Origin: a virus
Taxonomy: Duplodnaviria > Caudoviricetes
IMG/VR virus record: IMGVR_UViG_3300044617_000068
Location: 1-53,594 of that record
DNA length: 53,594 nt
Reading direction: 5' to 3' (one strand)
Below, piece by piece: positions 1 through 9,536 of the stretch. How positions within the stretch are numbered: the stretch's first letter is position 1; each line of letters starts with the position of its first letter. The translations under genes and the position numbers were made by a program. Below the pieces are notes generated by a model. It did no database searches and was not told where the DNA came from. It worked only from the letters and a program-made list of their open reading frames with translations.

Positions 1-1
1 C

Positions 2-742
2 CACACCTTGTCCTAATACTTGTTTTACTAATAGTTGAGGAGCAAACTCCATATCACCTGCTAACTCTCTTGCGGCTGCTAATACTGCTTGTGGAGTAGG
101 TTGTAATCTTTTTTCTTCTATATCACGGCGTAGTTTCATAATAAGAGATTGTGCATCATATCCTAAATCTCTAACGCCTTCTTCAAAGTTGCTCATACCA
201 CCTGCTAATACGCCGGCACCTTCTGTAGCGGCTTTATGCTCTAAACTATCTGCTACGCTGTTTAGATAATCGGCGGCAAGCGTGATGTAAGATTGCTGCC
301 AACCCATGAGACCTTCATCTTCTGTGCGATTCTTTAGCATTGCATAGACACGCTGTGCGTCTTTAGCGGCTGCGAATAATTCACTACGGGCCATCTCTAC
401 TTCATGATCTCGGCGATCTTTCCCATGTGGCACGAAACTTTTATCTTTCTTGATGATCTGATCGGGAACCAATATCAAATCTTGTTCTGTGATCTCGTCT
501 TCTTTTAATTCTTTACGAACATCATCTTTAGTCTTTTTGTACTTTGCGAGGAATTCTTTATCTGAAAGTTCCTTTAGATCGATGTCTAATTCTTTCATTT
601 TTCCTTCATAAAAGGGCTTATTTGTTACCTTGCCTTTGAACAGTGAACCTGCTCTTTTCTGTGTCTTACCTATCTTGGCAGGTGCTCCGGGGGCGATTGC
701 TCCGGAAGTAGTCGCGCTTTCAAAAATGTCTGTTATTTTCAT
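2..742 (-). CDS. Hypothetical acidic head/prohead-associated protein (partial, runs off the left end)
   Basis: Not in the ORF track. Read manually from ATG at 742: MKITDIFESATTSGAIAPG...DHEVEMARSELFAAAKDAQRVYAML...WQQSYITLAADYLNSV..., open to the window edge. TAAATA box at 764-769 and AGGA upstream. Confidence 0.75.
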   Translation of the reverse strand, partial: MKITDIFESATTSGAIAPGAPAKIGKTQKRAGSLFKGKVTNKPFYEGKMKELDIDLKELSDKEFLAKYKKTKDDVRKELKEDEITEQDLILVPDQIIKKDKSFVPHGKDRRDHEVEMARSELFAAAKDAQRVYAMLKNRTEDEGLMGWQQSYITLAADYLNSVADSLEHKAATEGAGVLAGGMSNFEEGVRDLGYDAQSLIMKLRRDIEEKRLQPTPQAVLAAARELAGDMEFAPQLLVKQVLGQGV

Positions 743-798
743 GACAAAAATCCTAATATAGAGTATTTATCAGATAATCTATACTAGTGCTAGATATG

Positions 799-822
799 AA
801 AAAGCCCCTTTCGGGGCTCTTT
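799..822 (-). terminator. Intrinsic terminator
   Basis: AGCCCC-tttc-GGGGCT hairpin with an A-run at 799-803 (U-tract on minus), just after the stop at 826. Confidence 0.8.
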
Positions 823-825
823 CTA

Positions 826-1713
826 TTATCGGCTGTCGTTGCCGTCTTTGTCTTTGAATGTGAATCCTTGCTGTTTCTTGCTGTCGATATACATAGGACC
901 AACATTGTCGAGTAAGTATTGCTGATTTTCCATACAGAATACATAACTACCACTGTGACGCAATAGCACTCGCTTGTCAACCCAGATACGACCACCAAGA
1001 TCGCGCCAGTTCTCACAGAAAGTCCAATCTTCTGAATAGTAACGATTCTGACGGACTGCTGTATCGAAATATGTCTTTAAGTGCTTGTCATACTTAGGAT
1101 CTAATCCGATATCATTCTTGTACTGCTTCACAGCAGGGTGAGCATTCATCTTTTCAAACACATGCTTCTTCATCAATAAGAAGCCAGTGCCCGCCTTACT
1201 TACTTCCTGCAATCCATCTGGACCTTCTTCTGCACCATCAAAGCCGTTAACTACCCACTTGATAGGCATAGTCTTCATTGGATATAGACCACCAATGACA
1301 TCGACATCGCGGTTCAACAACACTAACAAGTGCCATGGTTCCCAACCGATATCTGCGTCAACAAAGAACAGATGGGTAGCGTCGGGCATGTCGAGGAACT
1401 TCGCTGTGAGCGTGTTACGCGCACGGCTAATCAAACTTTCATTTACCATTGTCTCTAATGTCCAGTCAATACCCAACTGACGGGCAGTATTCGCCCATTT
1501 TATAAAACTCATGAAAGTTGATTCTGTCAACATACCACCGTAACAGGGCATAGCGATATGCACTTTAGTGGTACGCAGGAAATCAACATTCACTTGAATC
1601 TGTTGTTGTCCGGCTTGCTGATTATTCTGATCTGCATTCTGAACAGGCTGTTGCTGTTCTACTATCTCTTGTAACTGTTCTACAGGTACTGTTTTGTCTT
1701 TCTTGTTGGCCAT
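826..1713 (-). CDS. GT-A fold glycosyltransferase-like protein
   Basis: IAMPCYGG, ESLISRARN, FFVDADIGW (DxD), GTGFLL and SEDWTFC motifs. Start moved to MANKK (1713) because of GAGAGGA SD. Confidence 0.75.
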   Translation of the reverse strand: MANKKDKTVPVEQLQEIVEQQQPVQNADQNNQQAGQQQIQVNVDFLRTTKVHIAMPCYGGMLTESTFMSFIKWANTARQLGIDWTLETMVNESLISRARNTLTAKFLDMPDATHLFFVDADIGWEPWHLLVLLNRDVDVIGGLYPMKTMPIKWVVNGFDGAEEGPDGLQEVSKAGTGFLLMKKHVFEKMNAHPAVKQYKNDIGLDPKYDKHLKTYFDTAVRQNRYYSEDWTFCENWRDLGGRIWVDKRVLLRHSGSYVFCMENQQYLLDNVGPMYIDSKKQQGFTFKDKDGNDSR

Positions 1714-1763
1714 ACATCCTCTCAAAAATGTATAGATATTTACTGCGTGAGAGGTATGTCGAA

Positions 1764-2525
1764 TTATTTTTCTGGCAGATAATCAGCAGATTCGGAAACA
1801 TTCTCTACGGTCTTAGATGCCTCAAATTTCTTCTTAGCACTTTCTAATAACTTAAAGAATTTTTCCTTTTGTTCGGGTGATGCTTCATTGATTAATGGCT
1901 TGATCTTGGCATATAGTGATTTCAAGTCTTCGTTTACAGATGATGTGCCGATAACTTGATCGAACATCTTAATCACAGTCTGAATCAGTTTATTATTGTT
2001 TGCTGCCAATGGATATAGGCTGGCTACGAGTTCTGCCTTACCTTTAGCATCCATAGTTGGCCATGCTTTACGGATCTGTGTAGCACTTGTGATTCCAGGA
2101 CCGAATTCTACTGTAGGTAGATAATCCATATAAGCATGTTTACCGAACGGCTGTAAATCTTTATCGGTATATGGTTGGAAGTATGCAGGGCTACCATCTT
2201 TCTTTGTGCCACCTGGTTTAGGTTGTTCGTTGCGATCCTTCTCGCTACGGACGAAAATAACTATGTCATTTTCAGGATCATAATTCTGTGTGATCTCTTT
2301 GGGCATGAACGGGCTTTTGACTTGTACGAATCTATTAGGATCGACACCTGCTAGTTTTGCTAATTTCTCTTTTAATTCGAAGGGAAAAGGTCTTTCGCTT
2401 TGATCATTAGTAGCCGCTACATAGACATCAGCATCAGGAAAGGCTTTCTTAGCACTTTGGTATAACGCAAAATGTCCTGCATGGAAAGGATGAAAGCCGC
2501 CGGGCATGATGACTATTTTTTTCAT
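1764..2525 (-). CDS. Cytidyltransferase-like HxGH nucleotidyltransferase
   Basis: N-terminal MPGGFHPFHAGH, plus SATQIR near the end of the domain. Confidence 0.8.
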   Translation of the reverse strand: MKKIVIMPGGFHPFHAGHFALYQSAKKAFPDADVYVAATNDQSERPFPFELKEKLAKLAGVDPNRFVQVKSPFMPKEITQNYDPENDIVIFVRSEKDRNEQPKPGGTKKDGSPAYFQPYTDKDLQPFGKHAYMDYLPTVEFGPGITSATQIRKAWPTMDAKGKAELVASLYPLAANNNKLIQTVIKMFDQVIGTSSVNEDLKSLYAKIKPLINEASPEQKEKFFKLLESAKKKFEASKTVENVSESADYLPEK

Positions 2526-2526
2526 A

Positions 2527-2913
2527 TCAATAACTCAACTTAACAAAATTAACTACACCGCCTGCAAAATCAACGATCTTGGCGCGCATGTAAACAAAGT
2601 TACCTTCTATATTAGTATAGATGCTTGCGTTGCTTGCGTCATATGTATCACTACCTGTGCTAGCATTTGCGTTCGCTACAAGTTCATAAACTTTGAACCA
2701 TTCAGCATTTGAACTGTTGCTGTTCAAACTTGCTTCAATGACGATATTTGCGCTACATCCAGATAATTTAATATTGACTGTCTGTAGGTCTTGATTGCCT
2801 AGATAGTAAGCGGCAGCTGGTTGTGAGTTACCTGTGACCGTATATACATTGGCAGTACCACCACCGTTATAGGTAGTTTGCGGCAATAATTCAAGTATAG
2901 TTACCTGACTCAT
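2527..2913 (-). CDS. Hypothetical protein, possibly virion beta-rich
   Basis: 128-aa ORF, N/T/S/V-rich, translationally coupled (TAATG) to the upstream ORF. Confidence 0.6.
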   Translation of the reverse strand: MSQVTILELLPQTTYNGGGTANVYTVTGNSQPAAAYYLGNQDLQTVNIKLSGCSANIVIEASLNSNSSNAEWFKVYELVANANASTGSDTYDASNASIYTNIEGNFVYMRAKIVDFAGGVVNFVKLSY

Positions 2914-3080
2914 TATGCTTTCACCGCTTCAACGACGATACCTTCACCCGCTAATTCTTGGGCTACTTGTTCTAATGCCGCTTGTATCTCTGCGGTCGCT
3001 ATTTCTGCGCTGTCTTTATCGTGGTCTTTGACTATCTTACTGAATTTGATGACAACGACATCTTCTACTATCTTAGCCAT
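2913..3080 (-). CDS. Small hypothetical protein (55 aa)
   Basis: Not in the track: MAKIVEDVVVIKFSKIVKDHDKDSAEIATAEIQAALEQVAQELAGEGIVVEAVKA. GGAG SD, TAAATA box at 3102-3107, stop overlaps the next ATG. Confidence 0.75.
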   Translation of the reverse strand: MAKIVEDVVVIKFSKIVKDHDKDSAEIATAEIQAALEQVAQELAGEGIVVEAVKA

Positions 3081-3108
3081 AAATACTCCATTCTATCAGA
3101 GTATTTAT
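3079..3108 (-). promoter_or_regulatory. TAAATA box inside a 10-bp hairpin covering the SD and ATG
   Basis: Minus strand ATAAATACTC-tgatagaatg-GAGTATTTAT(G), a perfect inverted repeat. Confidence 0.7.
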
Positions 3109-3113
3109 CAATT

Positions 3114-3806
3114 TTAAGGCTCTTTCTGTAAACTATATGTCTTGGCTAGCATAGACCCGAAAAACATATGTAGTAATGTCAATGTGCTTTCGTCATTGTA
3201 GTCTACATAATAAGAACTATGCAGATAGTTGTACCAAATTCTATGAGTCACGGTCTCATTTACCATGCGCTTCAATGCCGGGCAAATTCGTGCTACATTA
3301 TCATATCTTTCTATGAAAGACTTGATCTCATCCTTGAATCCGTCAGGTACTTTCTTACCCCTGAAAAAAGTCCTATACTTAAATGACGGTTCCTTTTTGA
3401 AATAGATGACATTATTTCCCATTACATCTGCTATGGAAATCTCTAAATTATCATCCAGAATATCTAAAGATTTTAACAATTCTAAGTCATCACTAAAGAA
3501 ACTAATATTATTACCCTGTATTCGTACCATATATTGGTCTTTAGGGGCCGAGCCACGCCAATCGAAATATCGACTTATCTGATCATAATCGATCAAGTCG
3601 ATACGCCTGTTCCAATCAGATGAAATCACTTCTATATAATTAGGAGGTCTTTCTGCCCGCTTGGCCATCTTGGTCTTAAATTCATCTATAGTTTTAGTAT
3701 AGTATGTGTATACTGCACCATGAATTTTACACCTGGCTCGGTATTGATACTTACCGAAAAATAGTGCGTTTCGTTTTTCAGTTACTAACTTCAATGATTC
3801 CATCAT
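3114..3806 (-). CDS. Hypothetical protein
   Basis: 230-aa ORF overlapping the clpA 3' end; no recognised motif. Confidence 0.65.
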   Translation of the reverse strand: MMESLKLVTEKRNALFFGKYQYRARCKIHGAVYTYYTKTIDEFKTKMAKRAERPPNYIEVISSDWNRRIDLIDYDQISRYFDWRGSAPKDQYMVRIQGNNISFFSDDLELLKSLDILDDNLEISIADVMGNNVIYFKKEPSFKYRTFFRGKKVPDGFKDEIKSFIERYDNVARICPALKRMVNETVTHRIWYNYLHSSYYVDYNDESTLTLLHMFFGSMLAKTYSLQKEP

Positions 3807-6045
3807 CCCCTACTTTCGCCGTTACTTTGTTATTGACAATAAATTCGATATTGTCGTTCACAAGGTTCGCGGTAATGTTGGCATTATTGATTCTTTCAAA
3901 TAGAATCTTTTTACTCAACGGAACACGAATCAACTCATCGATCTTGCGAGCCAACGGTCTAGCACCCATCTTACCATCATATCCCTTCTCAGCCAGATAT
4001 TCGATTACTGGTTCGCTGAGATTCAATGTGATATTATGTTTATCGACCAAGGAAGTTTTTAGTTCATTGGCAAACTTGACAACAATTTTCTTGATCGAAA
4101 GGATGTCCAACTTCTTGAACTTACAAACTTTGTCAAGACGATTTCTAAACTCGGGCTTGAAGAAGTCCTTGAATGCCTTGTCATCTTCACCAGTCTTTTG
4201 CATGTCACCGAAACCGATGTTGTTGCGCTCATTGTCTGCGCTACCGAGGTTACTAGTAAGAATGATGATACAGTTTTTGCAACTAACTTCCTTACCATTG
4301 CTACCAGTGATACGACCTTCATCAAGGATCTGCAAGAAGATATTGAAGATATCTGGATGAGCCTTCTCAACTTCGTCAAACAACAAGATAGCGTGTGGGT
4401 TCTTGCTCAAGTCACTGATCAAGCGTCCACCTTGTACTTGGCTGTCACCGAAACCAACATAGCCTGGTGGAGGTCCGATCAATGCGCTGACAGTATGCTT
4501 CTCGCTATATTCGCTCATATCATATTTGAGCAATGGCATATCAAGATTATTGCTCAACAACTTAGCCAGTTCAGTCTTACCTGTGCCAGTTGGGCCCAAG
4601 AACAAGAAACTTGCTAGTGGCTTAGTCTCGCTATTGATACCTGCAAAACTGACATAGATACGATCTAATACGCTACCGACGGCTTCGTCCTGACCATACA
4701 ACTTATCCTTGACATTGCTTTCAAGATTATTGATGCGATCAAAGTTATCACCGCTCAATTTGTCAGCAGGCACACCAGTATACTTCTCGACCTGTTCAAA
4801 GATCAATTGCTTAGTGATCTCGACATCCTTATTCTCAAGCACACGCTGTTTAGCACAGGCTGCGTCAAGCAAGTCGATGCTCTTGTCAGGATTCTTGCGA
4901 TCATGGATATAACGGCTCGCATTCTCCACCGCGGCTTCGATAGCCTCATCTGTGATCTTGACACTATGGAAGTCATTCAATCGTTCGCTCAAGCCGCGCA
5001 AGATACGAATAGTTGTATCGTTTGTAGGCTCATCGACAGTTACTTTGAAGAATCTACGCATCAATGCACGATCCTTCTCAAAACTCTCATAGAAGTCTTC
5101 CCATGTAGTGCTTGCGATTACCTTGATATTGCCCTTAGTGATAGCAGGCTTGATCATGTTAGCAAAGTCTACGCTACCGTTGCTACTGCTGCCGGCGCTT
5201 TGCATCATATGTGCTTCATCGATGAAGAGGATAGATTTCTTCTTAGTGCTTAATGCTTCAAGCACATTCTTGACCTTCTCTTCAAAGTCGCCGCGATATC
5301 GTGATCCAGCAAGCAAACTGCCAATCTCAAGGCTGTATAGATCATAACCTTGCAAGAAGTTAGGTACTTCTTCATGGATGATGGCTCTAGCGATACCCTC
5401 AACGATAGCAGTCTTACCAACGCCTGGATCACCGACAAGCAAGACATTGCTCTTGAAACGCTTTGCCAAGACATTGATGATATCATCGATCTCTTTATGA
5501 CGACCGATCAATGGTTCTAGTTTATCTTCACGGGCCAATTGCGTGAGATTGATAGTGTATTCTTCAAGGATCTCATCAGCCTGGCTTTCATTGAGTGCTG
5601 TAGCACTCTGACCGCCCTTGTAGTTCTTTTGCCAGTGTGGGAAGAATTCATTTTTAGTCACGCCGTATTTCAACAAGAAATAATGAGCATGACTATTGGC
5701 TTCAGCAACGATGCTCAAATATAAGTCAATCGTAGTTAACTGCCTACGACCAGTGAATAGAACCTGCGTCACGCTACGGTTCAATACACGCTCAATACTG
5801 TTAGTCTTTTTAGGAACTGTGTTTGGATTTTTGCTTTCGATAGCATGAAGGCTGGCAACATATGCCTTGACTTCATCGACCATCATATCAGTATCTACGC
5901 CAAAACTACTTAGACACTTTTTAAAGGGTGTATAAGTGATCAATGCATAGAGCAAATGCTCTGTGGTAACATATTCGTGGTTATGTTCTTTAGCATAAGC
6001 GATTGCTTGCTCAATGATGTTTTCGATTTCTGGTGAATTTTGCAT
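3778..6045 (-). CDS. clpA: ClpA-like AAA+ chaperone/unfoldase
   Basis: Clp N-domain (HEYVTTEHLL), two Walker A motifs (GDPGVGKT, GPTGTGKT), Walker B motifs (FIDEAH, LFDEVEKAH), GYVG pore loop, IGF ClpP-docking loop (NNIGFG), GARPL; no ClpB middle coiled coil. Confidence 0.92.
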   Translation of the reverse strand: MQNSPEIENIIEQAIAYAKEHNHEYVTTEHLLYALITYTPFKKCLSSFGVDTDMMVDEVKAYVASLHAIESKNPNTVPKKTNSIERVLNRSVTQVLFTGRRQLTTIDLYLSIVAEANSHAHYFLLKYGVTKNEFFPHWQKNYKGGQSATALNESQADEILEEYTINLTQLAREDKLEPLIGRHKEIDDIINVLAKRFKSNVLLVGDPGVGKTAIVEGIARAIIHEEVPNFLQGYDLYSLEIGSLLAGSRYRGDFEEKVKNVLEALSTKKKSILFIDEAHMMQSAGSSSNGSVDFANMIKPAITKGNIKVIASTTWEDFYESFEKDRALMRRFFKVTVDEPTNDTTIRILRGLSERLNDFHSVKITDEAIEAAVENASRYIHDRKNPDKSIDLLDAACAKQRVLENKDVEITKQLIFEQVEKYTGVPADKLSGDNFDRINNLESNVKDKLYGQDEAVGSVLDRIYVSFAGINSETKPLASFLFLGPTGTGKTELAKLLSNNLDMPLLKYDMSEYSEKHTVSALIGPPPGYVGFGDSQVQGGRLISDLSKNPHAILLFDEVEKAHPDIFNIFLQILDEGRITGSNGKEVSCKNCIIILTSNLGSADNERNNIGFGDMQKTGEDDKAFKDFFKPEFRNRLDKVCKFKKLDILSIKKIVVKFANELKTSLVDKHNITLNLSEPVIEYLAEKGYDGKMGARPLARKIDELIRVPLSKKILFERINNANITANLVNDNIEFIVNNKVTAKVGDDGIIEVSN

Positions 6046-6066
6046 AAGCCTCTCTTTTTCAGATAT

Positions 6067-6840
6067 TTATTTTGCACGATTTCGTAAAATACTATCAATA
6101 ATATCTTGATGTATATTATCAGGAATGTATGGTTTTAGCAAGATGTATTGGTCTCCGTGTGCCGTATTATTAATGATCGGCATTCCGTAACCTGCTAATC
6201 TCACGCTCACATATGGTTGCGTTTTAGGTTTTATACTTACATTTAGTTCTTTTCCTGCTATAGTTTTAAAAATAAAATCGGTACCGGCTAATAGATCCAA
6301 TACACTAATGCTTTGGTTACAGTATAAATCATGACCCCTGCGCTCGAACCTAAGATCGGGCATGATATTGAATGTAGCGACTAAAACACCATTGTTGATG
6401 ACATTATCGAATCGTAATTGGTCACCTTGATTTACCCCTTTGGGTACTGTGATATCGATTATCTTTTTCCCATTCATCAGATTGAGTTCAAGCATTTTGT
6501 TCGTACCGTTGTATGCATCTAACAAACTGATATCGATCTGCGTCCTATACATCTGTTTGTGCATACTTCTAGGACCATGGTGACTGCCAAATATCTGACT
6601 GAATACATCATTGATATTGACTCCGCCGAAATCTTGAAATTGAAAAGGTTGTGCAGGGTTGTCGTATTGTCTGCGCTTTTCTATATCGCCCAATACATCA
6701 TATGCACTTTGTATTTCTTGGAATTTAGCCTTATCTCCGCCCTTGTCAGGGTGATGCTGACTTGCTAATTTACGATAGGCTTTTTTGATTTCGTCAGTAG
6801 TTGCAGTTTTAGCAACACCCAACGTCGCATAATGATCCAT
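6067..6840 (-). CDS. dnaJ: DnaJ/CbpA-class co-chaperone (no Zn finger)
   Basis: J-domain (DHYATLGV...IKKAYRKLASQHHPDKGG) and DnaJ C-terminal domain (GYGMP...GDQYI). Confidence 0.88.
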   Translation of the reverse strand: MDHYATLGVAKTATTDEIKKAYRKLASQHHPDKGGDKAKFQEIQSAYDVLGDIEKRRQYDNPAQPFQFQDFGGVNINDVFSQIFGSHHGPRSMHKQMYRTQIDISLLDAYNGTNKMLELNLMNGKKIIDITVPKGVNQGDQLRFDNVINNGVLVATFNIMPDLRFERRGHDLYCNQSISVLDLLAGTDFIFKTIAGKELNVSIKPKTQPYVSVRLAGYGMPIINNTAHGDQYILLKPYIPDNIHQDIIDSILRNRAK

Positions 6841-6845
6841 TCTTT

Positions 6846-6874
6846 ATTTTACTTGAACTTAGTATATAAGTCAA
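6846..6874 (-). promoter_or_regulatory. sigma70-like promoter of dnaJ-clpA
   Basis: TTGACT-17 nt-TAAAAT, 5 nt before the dnaJ ATG. Confidence 0.7.
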
Positions 6875-7143
6875 GCTATGTGGTCTTGGTCACTTTTTGA
6901 ACTGATAGTCCATTTACCCGCAAATTTCTCTAATCCGGTGAATCCTAAACCCGCAATCACTATCCACATCATGCTGTCAAACACACCTTGGGTAACATTA
7001 TAGTCTGTGAACAAGTCTACAAAAAATGCTACCACGCAACAAATAAATGCTATTAATGCTATGACTCTTTTGCTTGATATGGCGTTGTCATCATGACTAT
7101 CACTAAGCATTGATTTAAGATTAGCGAGAACACTTTCCCACAT
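6871..7143 (-). CDS. Small two-TM membrane protein (holin-like?)
   Basis: SSKR followed by two hydrophobic segments and a charged C-terminus. Confidence 0.55.
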   Translation of the reverse strand: MWESVLANLKSMLSDSHDDNAISSKRVIALIAFICCVVAFFVDLFTDYNVTQGVFDSMMWIVIAGLGFTGLEKFAGKWTISSKSDQDHIA

Positions 7144-7144
7144 A

Positions 7145-7684
7145 TTATAGACCTGCCTTGTTCATATAGTCTTTGATTTCCATGTCGATGTCAGTATATA
7201 CCTTCTTGTTAGGTAAACCTGCGATCTGTCTCATCTCGTTCAACTCTTCGTCTTCGCCTTTTTCTCTCTCATATTCTCTAGGATTCAATATGATGACTTG
7301 TTTTAAAACATCTCCATCGGCGTCATATTCTTCATCATCGATTTTCAACACATAATCCTTAACATCTCTGTCAGTAAGTGTCTCTAAATCTTTTAATATT
7401 TGAACGATCTTTTCAGGAACATTTGATCTGCGTTTCATCTCAACGAACACTAACCATTTACCTGGTTCTACTTCACCGTCACTAACGCTAGCATCTAAAA
7501 TATAATCGTAACCGATCTCAAGCCAAGAAACTAAATCTTTGGCTGCTTCTTTATTTTTTAATATAAAGGTAAGTGTGACGATCTGACTATCTTCTCCCAT
7601 CTTAGCCGCATATTCATCCACTGATACTTTAGGATCAATCTGACCTTTCATATCATGATAATCTAAACCTTCGTTGAGTCTCAT
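7145..7684 (-). CDS. Hypothetical acidic protein, possibly head-associated
   Basis: Start moved to MRLNEG (AAGGAA SD). Contains ELNEMRQIAGL and ends YMNKAGL. Confidence 0.65.
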   Translation of the reverse strand: MRLNEGLDYHDMKGQIDPKVSVDEYAAKMGEDSQIVTLTFILKNKEAAKDLVSWLEIGYDYILDASVSDGEVEPGKWLVFVEMKRRSNVPEKIVQILKDLETLTDRDVKDYVLKIDDEEYDADGDVLKQVIILNPREYEREKGEDEELNEMRQIAGLPNKKVYTDIDMEIKDYMNKAGL

Positions 7685-7694
7685 AATCGTTTCC

Positions 7695-8279
7695 TTAGGC
7701 AGTCGGTATTGCCGCGTCCGCACCTGAAGGAGCATTTTGATCGTCAGTATTCTGAACTCCTTCTTTATCCAAGTCCTCACTATATGCGTCATCAAGTTCA
7801 TTGAGGTCTATAGTGCTACCTGCTAAGTCGATGCTACCCTCTTTGATGTCATCCATCAAGGACATTGGAATAGTGATCTTAACAAGCCAGACTTTTCTTT
7901 TGACACCTTTTGGATAATTTGTTCCAGGAACTAGATCGTCATAGTTCTTTACTTCTACCGGAACCTTGATCTCAGTCTCTTGCCACTTGACATCACAATT
8001 TACTGCCCATAATCTTTTTACGGCTCTTGGGTCGGGCATCAATTTATAAGGCCACATGAAAGTGCAAGTGACATCGTATTTGCCGACTTCTGGACCATCT
8101 ACCAACTCTCCTATTAACCAGTTCTTGAAAGCGTAGATATCACATTCATCTAAAACTCGTTCAAAGTCTAGTAGGATAGACATAGAACCATCGCTAGTCA
8201 TCACACCTTTTACAGTGTCGATGATACTAACGAAATCTATGCTGTCAAACCATTTGTCGGCTATGTTATTCTGGGTCAT
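7695..8279 (-). CDS. Hypothetical acidic protein
   Basis: 194-aa ORF; TAAATA box 4 nt upstream of the ATG. Confidence 0.7.
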   Translation of the reverse strand: MTQNNIADKWFDSIDFVSIIDTVKGVMTSDGSMSILLDFERVLDECDIYAFKNWLIGELVDGPEVGKYDVTCTFMWPYKLMPDPRAVKRLWAVNCDVKWQETEIKVPVEVKNYDDLVPGTNYPKGVKRKVWLVKITIPMSLMDDIKEGSIDLAGSTIDLNELDDAYSEDLDKEGVQNTDDQNAPSGADAAIPTA

Positions 8280-8459
8280 ATTGTATTTATCTTACTATAT
8301 AGGGATTATCAAGGATTTACTGCTTTGAGTACAGCATTATATTTATCCCCTGAGTGTGAGTAAAGTGTATGATATATTATACATAAAACGGTCCTTAAAT
8401 ACTCAAGAGATAGCGATATGTTATCTCTATCTCTAACTTAACATACAGGAGATTTACGC

Positions 8460-9224
8460 TTGAGCAAGAGAAAAACAGGTGCTTTAAGAAAAGAACAGAG
8501 CAGATACATGCAAAATCATCAGAAACAAAATCTATATGTGACAGAAACAATAGACTTTAATCAAGAGCATTACAAACGTAATCGCAAACCAATAGAACTG
8601 CTACCGCAGTCAGTCAATCAAGAAAAATATATCCTATCACTAATCGACAGAGACTTAGACATCGTAGTTGTATCCGGTCCAGCAGGCACCGGCAAGACAT
8701 ACTTGGCGATGCTAGCCGCGATCAAGTCCCTAAGGAACGGAGACTGCGATAAGATCATATTGACTAGACCTGCGGTAGCAGTCGATGATGAAAAGCATGG
8801 ATTCTTACCTGGTGATCTTAATAGCAAGATGGAACCTTGGGTTCGTCCATTGCTTGATGTGCTTAGAGAATACTATAGCACTAAAGAATTGGAACACATG
8901 CTAAATGAGCAAATCATTGAAATCACTCCACTGGCATTCTGCCGTGGTCGAAACTTTAAGAATGCATGGGTCATATTGGACGAGGCACAGAATGCTACAC
9001 CAAGTCAACTAAAGATGCTGATGACAAGAATCGGTATCGGTAGCAAGATTGTTATCACAGGTGACATCGAACAGACTGACAGACGAACCGCGGATAACGG
9101 TTTGTTAGATTTGACTAATAAACTCTCTCAGAAACCTGTCAGTGGTATCAGCGTATGTGAATTCGACACGAAAGATATAAGGAGACACAAGATCATAGAA
9201 AGTATATTGAAACTATACAATTAA
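8460..9224 (+). CDS. phoH: PhoH-like ATPase
   Basis: GPAGTGKT, LTRPAV, GFLPGDL, RGRNF, ILDEAQN, TGDIEQTD motifs. TTG start with AGGAG SD. Confidence 0.93.
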   Translation: MSKRKTGALRKEQSRYMQNHQKQNLYVTETIDFNQEHYKRNRKPIELLPQSVNQEKYILSLIDRDLDIVVVSGPAGTGKTYLAMLAAIKSLRNGDCDKIILTRPAVAVDDEKHGFLPGDLNSKMEPWVRPLLDVLREYYSTKELEHMLNEQIIEITPLAFCRGRNFKNAWVILDEAQNATPSQLKMLMTRIGIGSKIVITGDIEQTDRRTADNGLLDLTNKLSQKPVSGISVCEFDTKDIRRHKIIESILKLYN

Positions 9225-9229
9225 AAGAG

Positions 9230-9276
9230 GGGAAATCAAGTTTCCCATGGGGAAGTTTACTTCCCCATTTCTCTTT
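9230..9276. terminator. Tandem hairpins, probable terminators for convergent genes
   Basis: GGGAAA-tcaag-TTTCCC (9230-9246) and ATGGGGAAG-ttta-CTTCCCCAT (9247-9268), each followed by a U-rich run on its own strand. Confidence 0.6.
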
Positions 9277-9535
9277 GTTTTGCTAATGCAGGTGCTTCTT
9301 TTTCTAACTGTGCTACCATTGCCGGATATACTTTCTTATAGTATTCATGTAGTTGATCAAAAGTTCTGTCCAATCTCTGACCTTCTACTACGCATTTTTC
9401 TATTTTGCGCAAACCATAATCCATGATGATGTTGCTAGTAGATATGTCACTACCGCGAACACGCTTGACGAATCTTGCCTGTTCATCAATCTGTCCACCC
9501 GGCTTACGATAAAAACTAATCAATAAGTAACGCAT
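9257..9535 (-). CDS. Hypothetical protein
   Basis: 92-aa ORF coupled to the upstream gene. Confidence 0.65.
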   Translation of the reverse strand: MRYLLISFYRKPGGQIDEQARFVKRVRGSDISTSNIIMDYGLRKIEKCVVEGQRLDRTFDQLHEYYKKVYPAMVAQLEKEAPALAKQREMGK

Positions 9536-9536
9536 A

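Noticed and set aside
753-1016. 87-aa ORF in the track
   Set aside because: Alternative frame overlapping the glycosyltransferase end, its terminator and the next promoter.
3704-5724. Several plus-strand and alternative-frame ORFs inside clpA, and similar ones inside other genes
   Set aside because: Overlap well-supported genes and carry no recognisable motifs; stop-poor antisense frames are expected.
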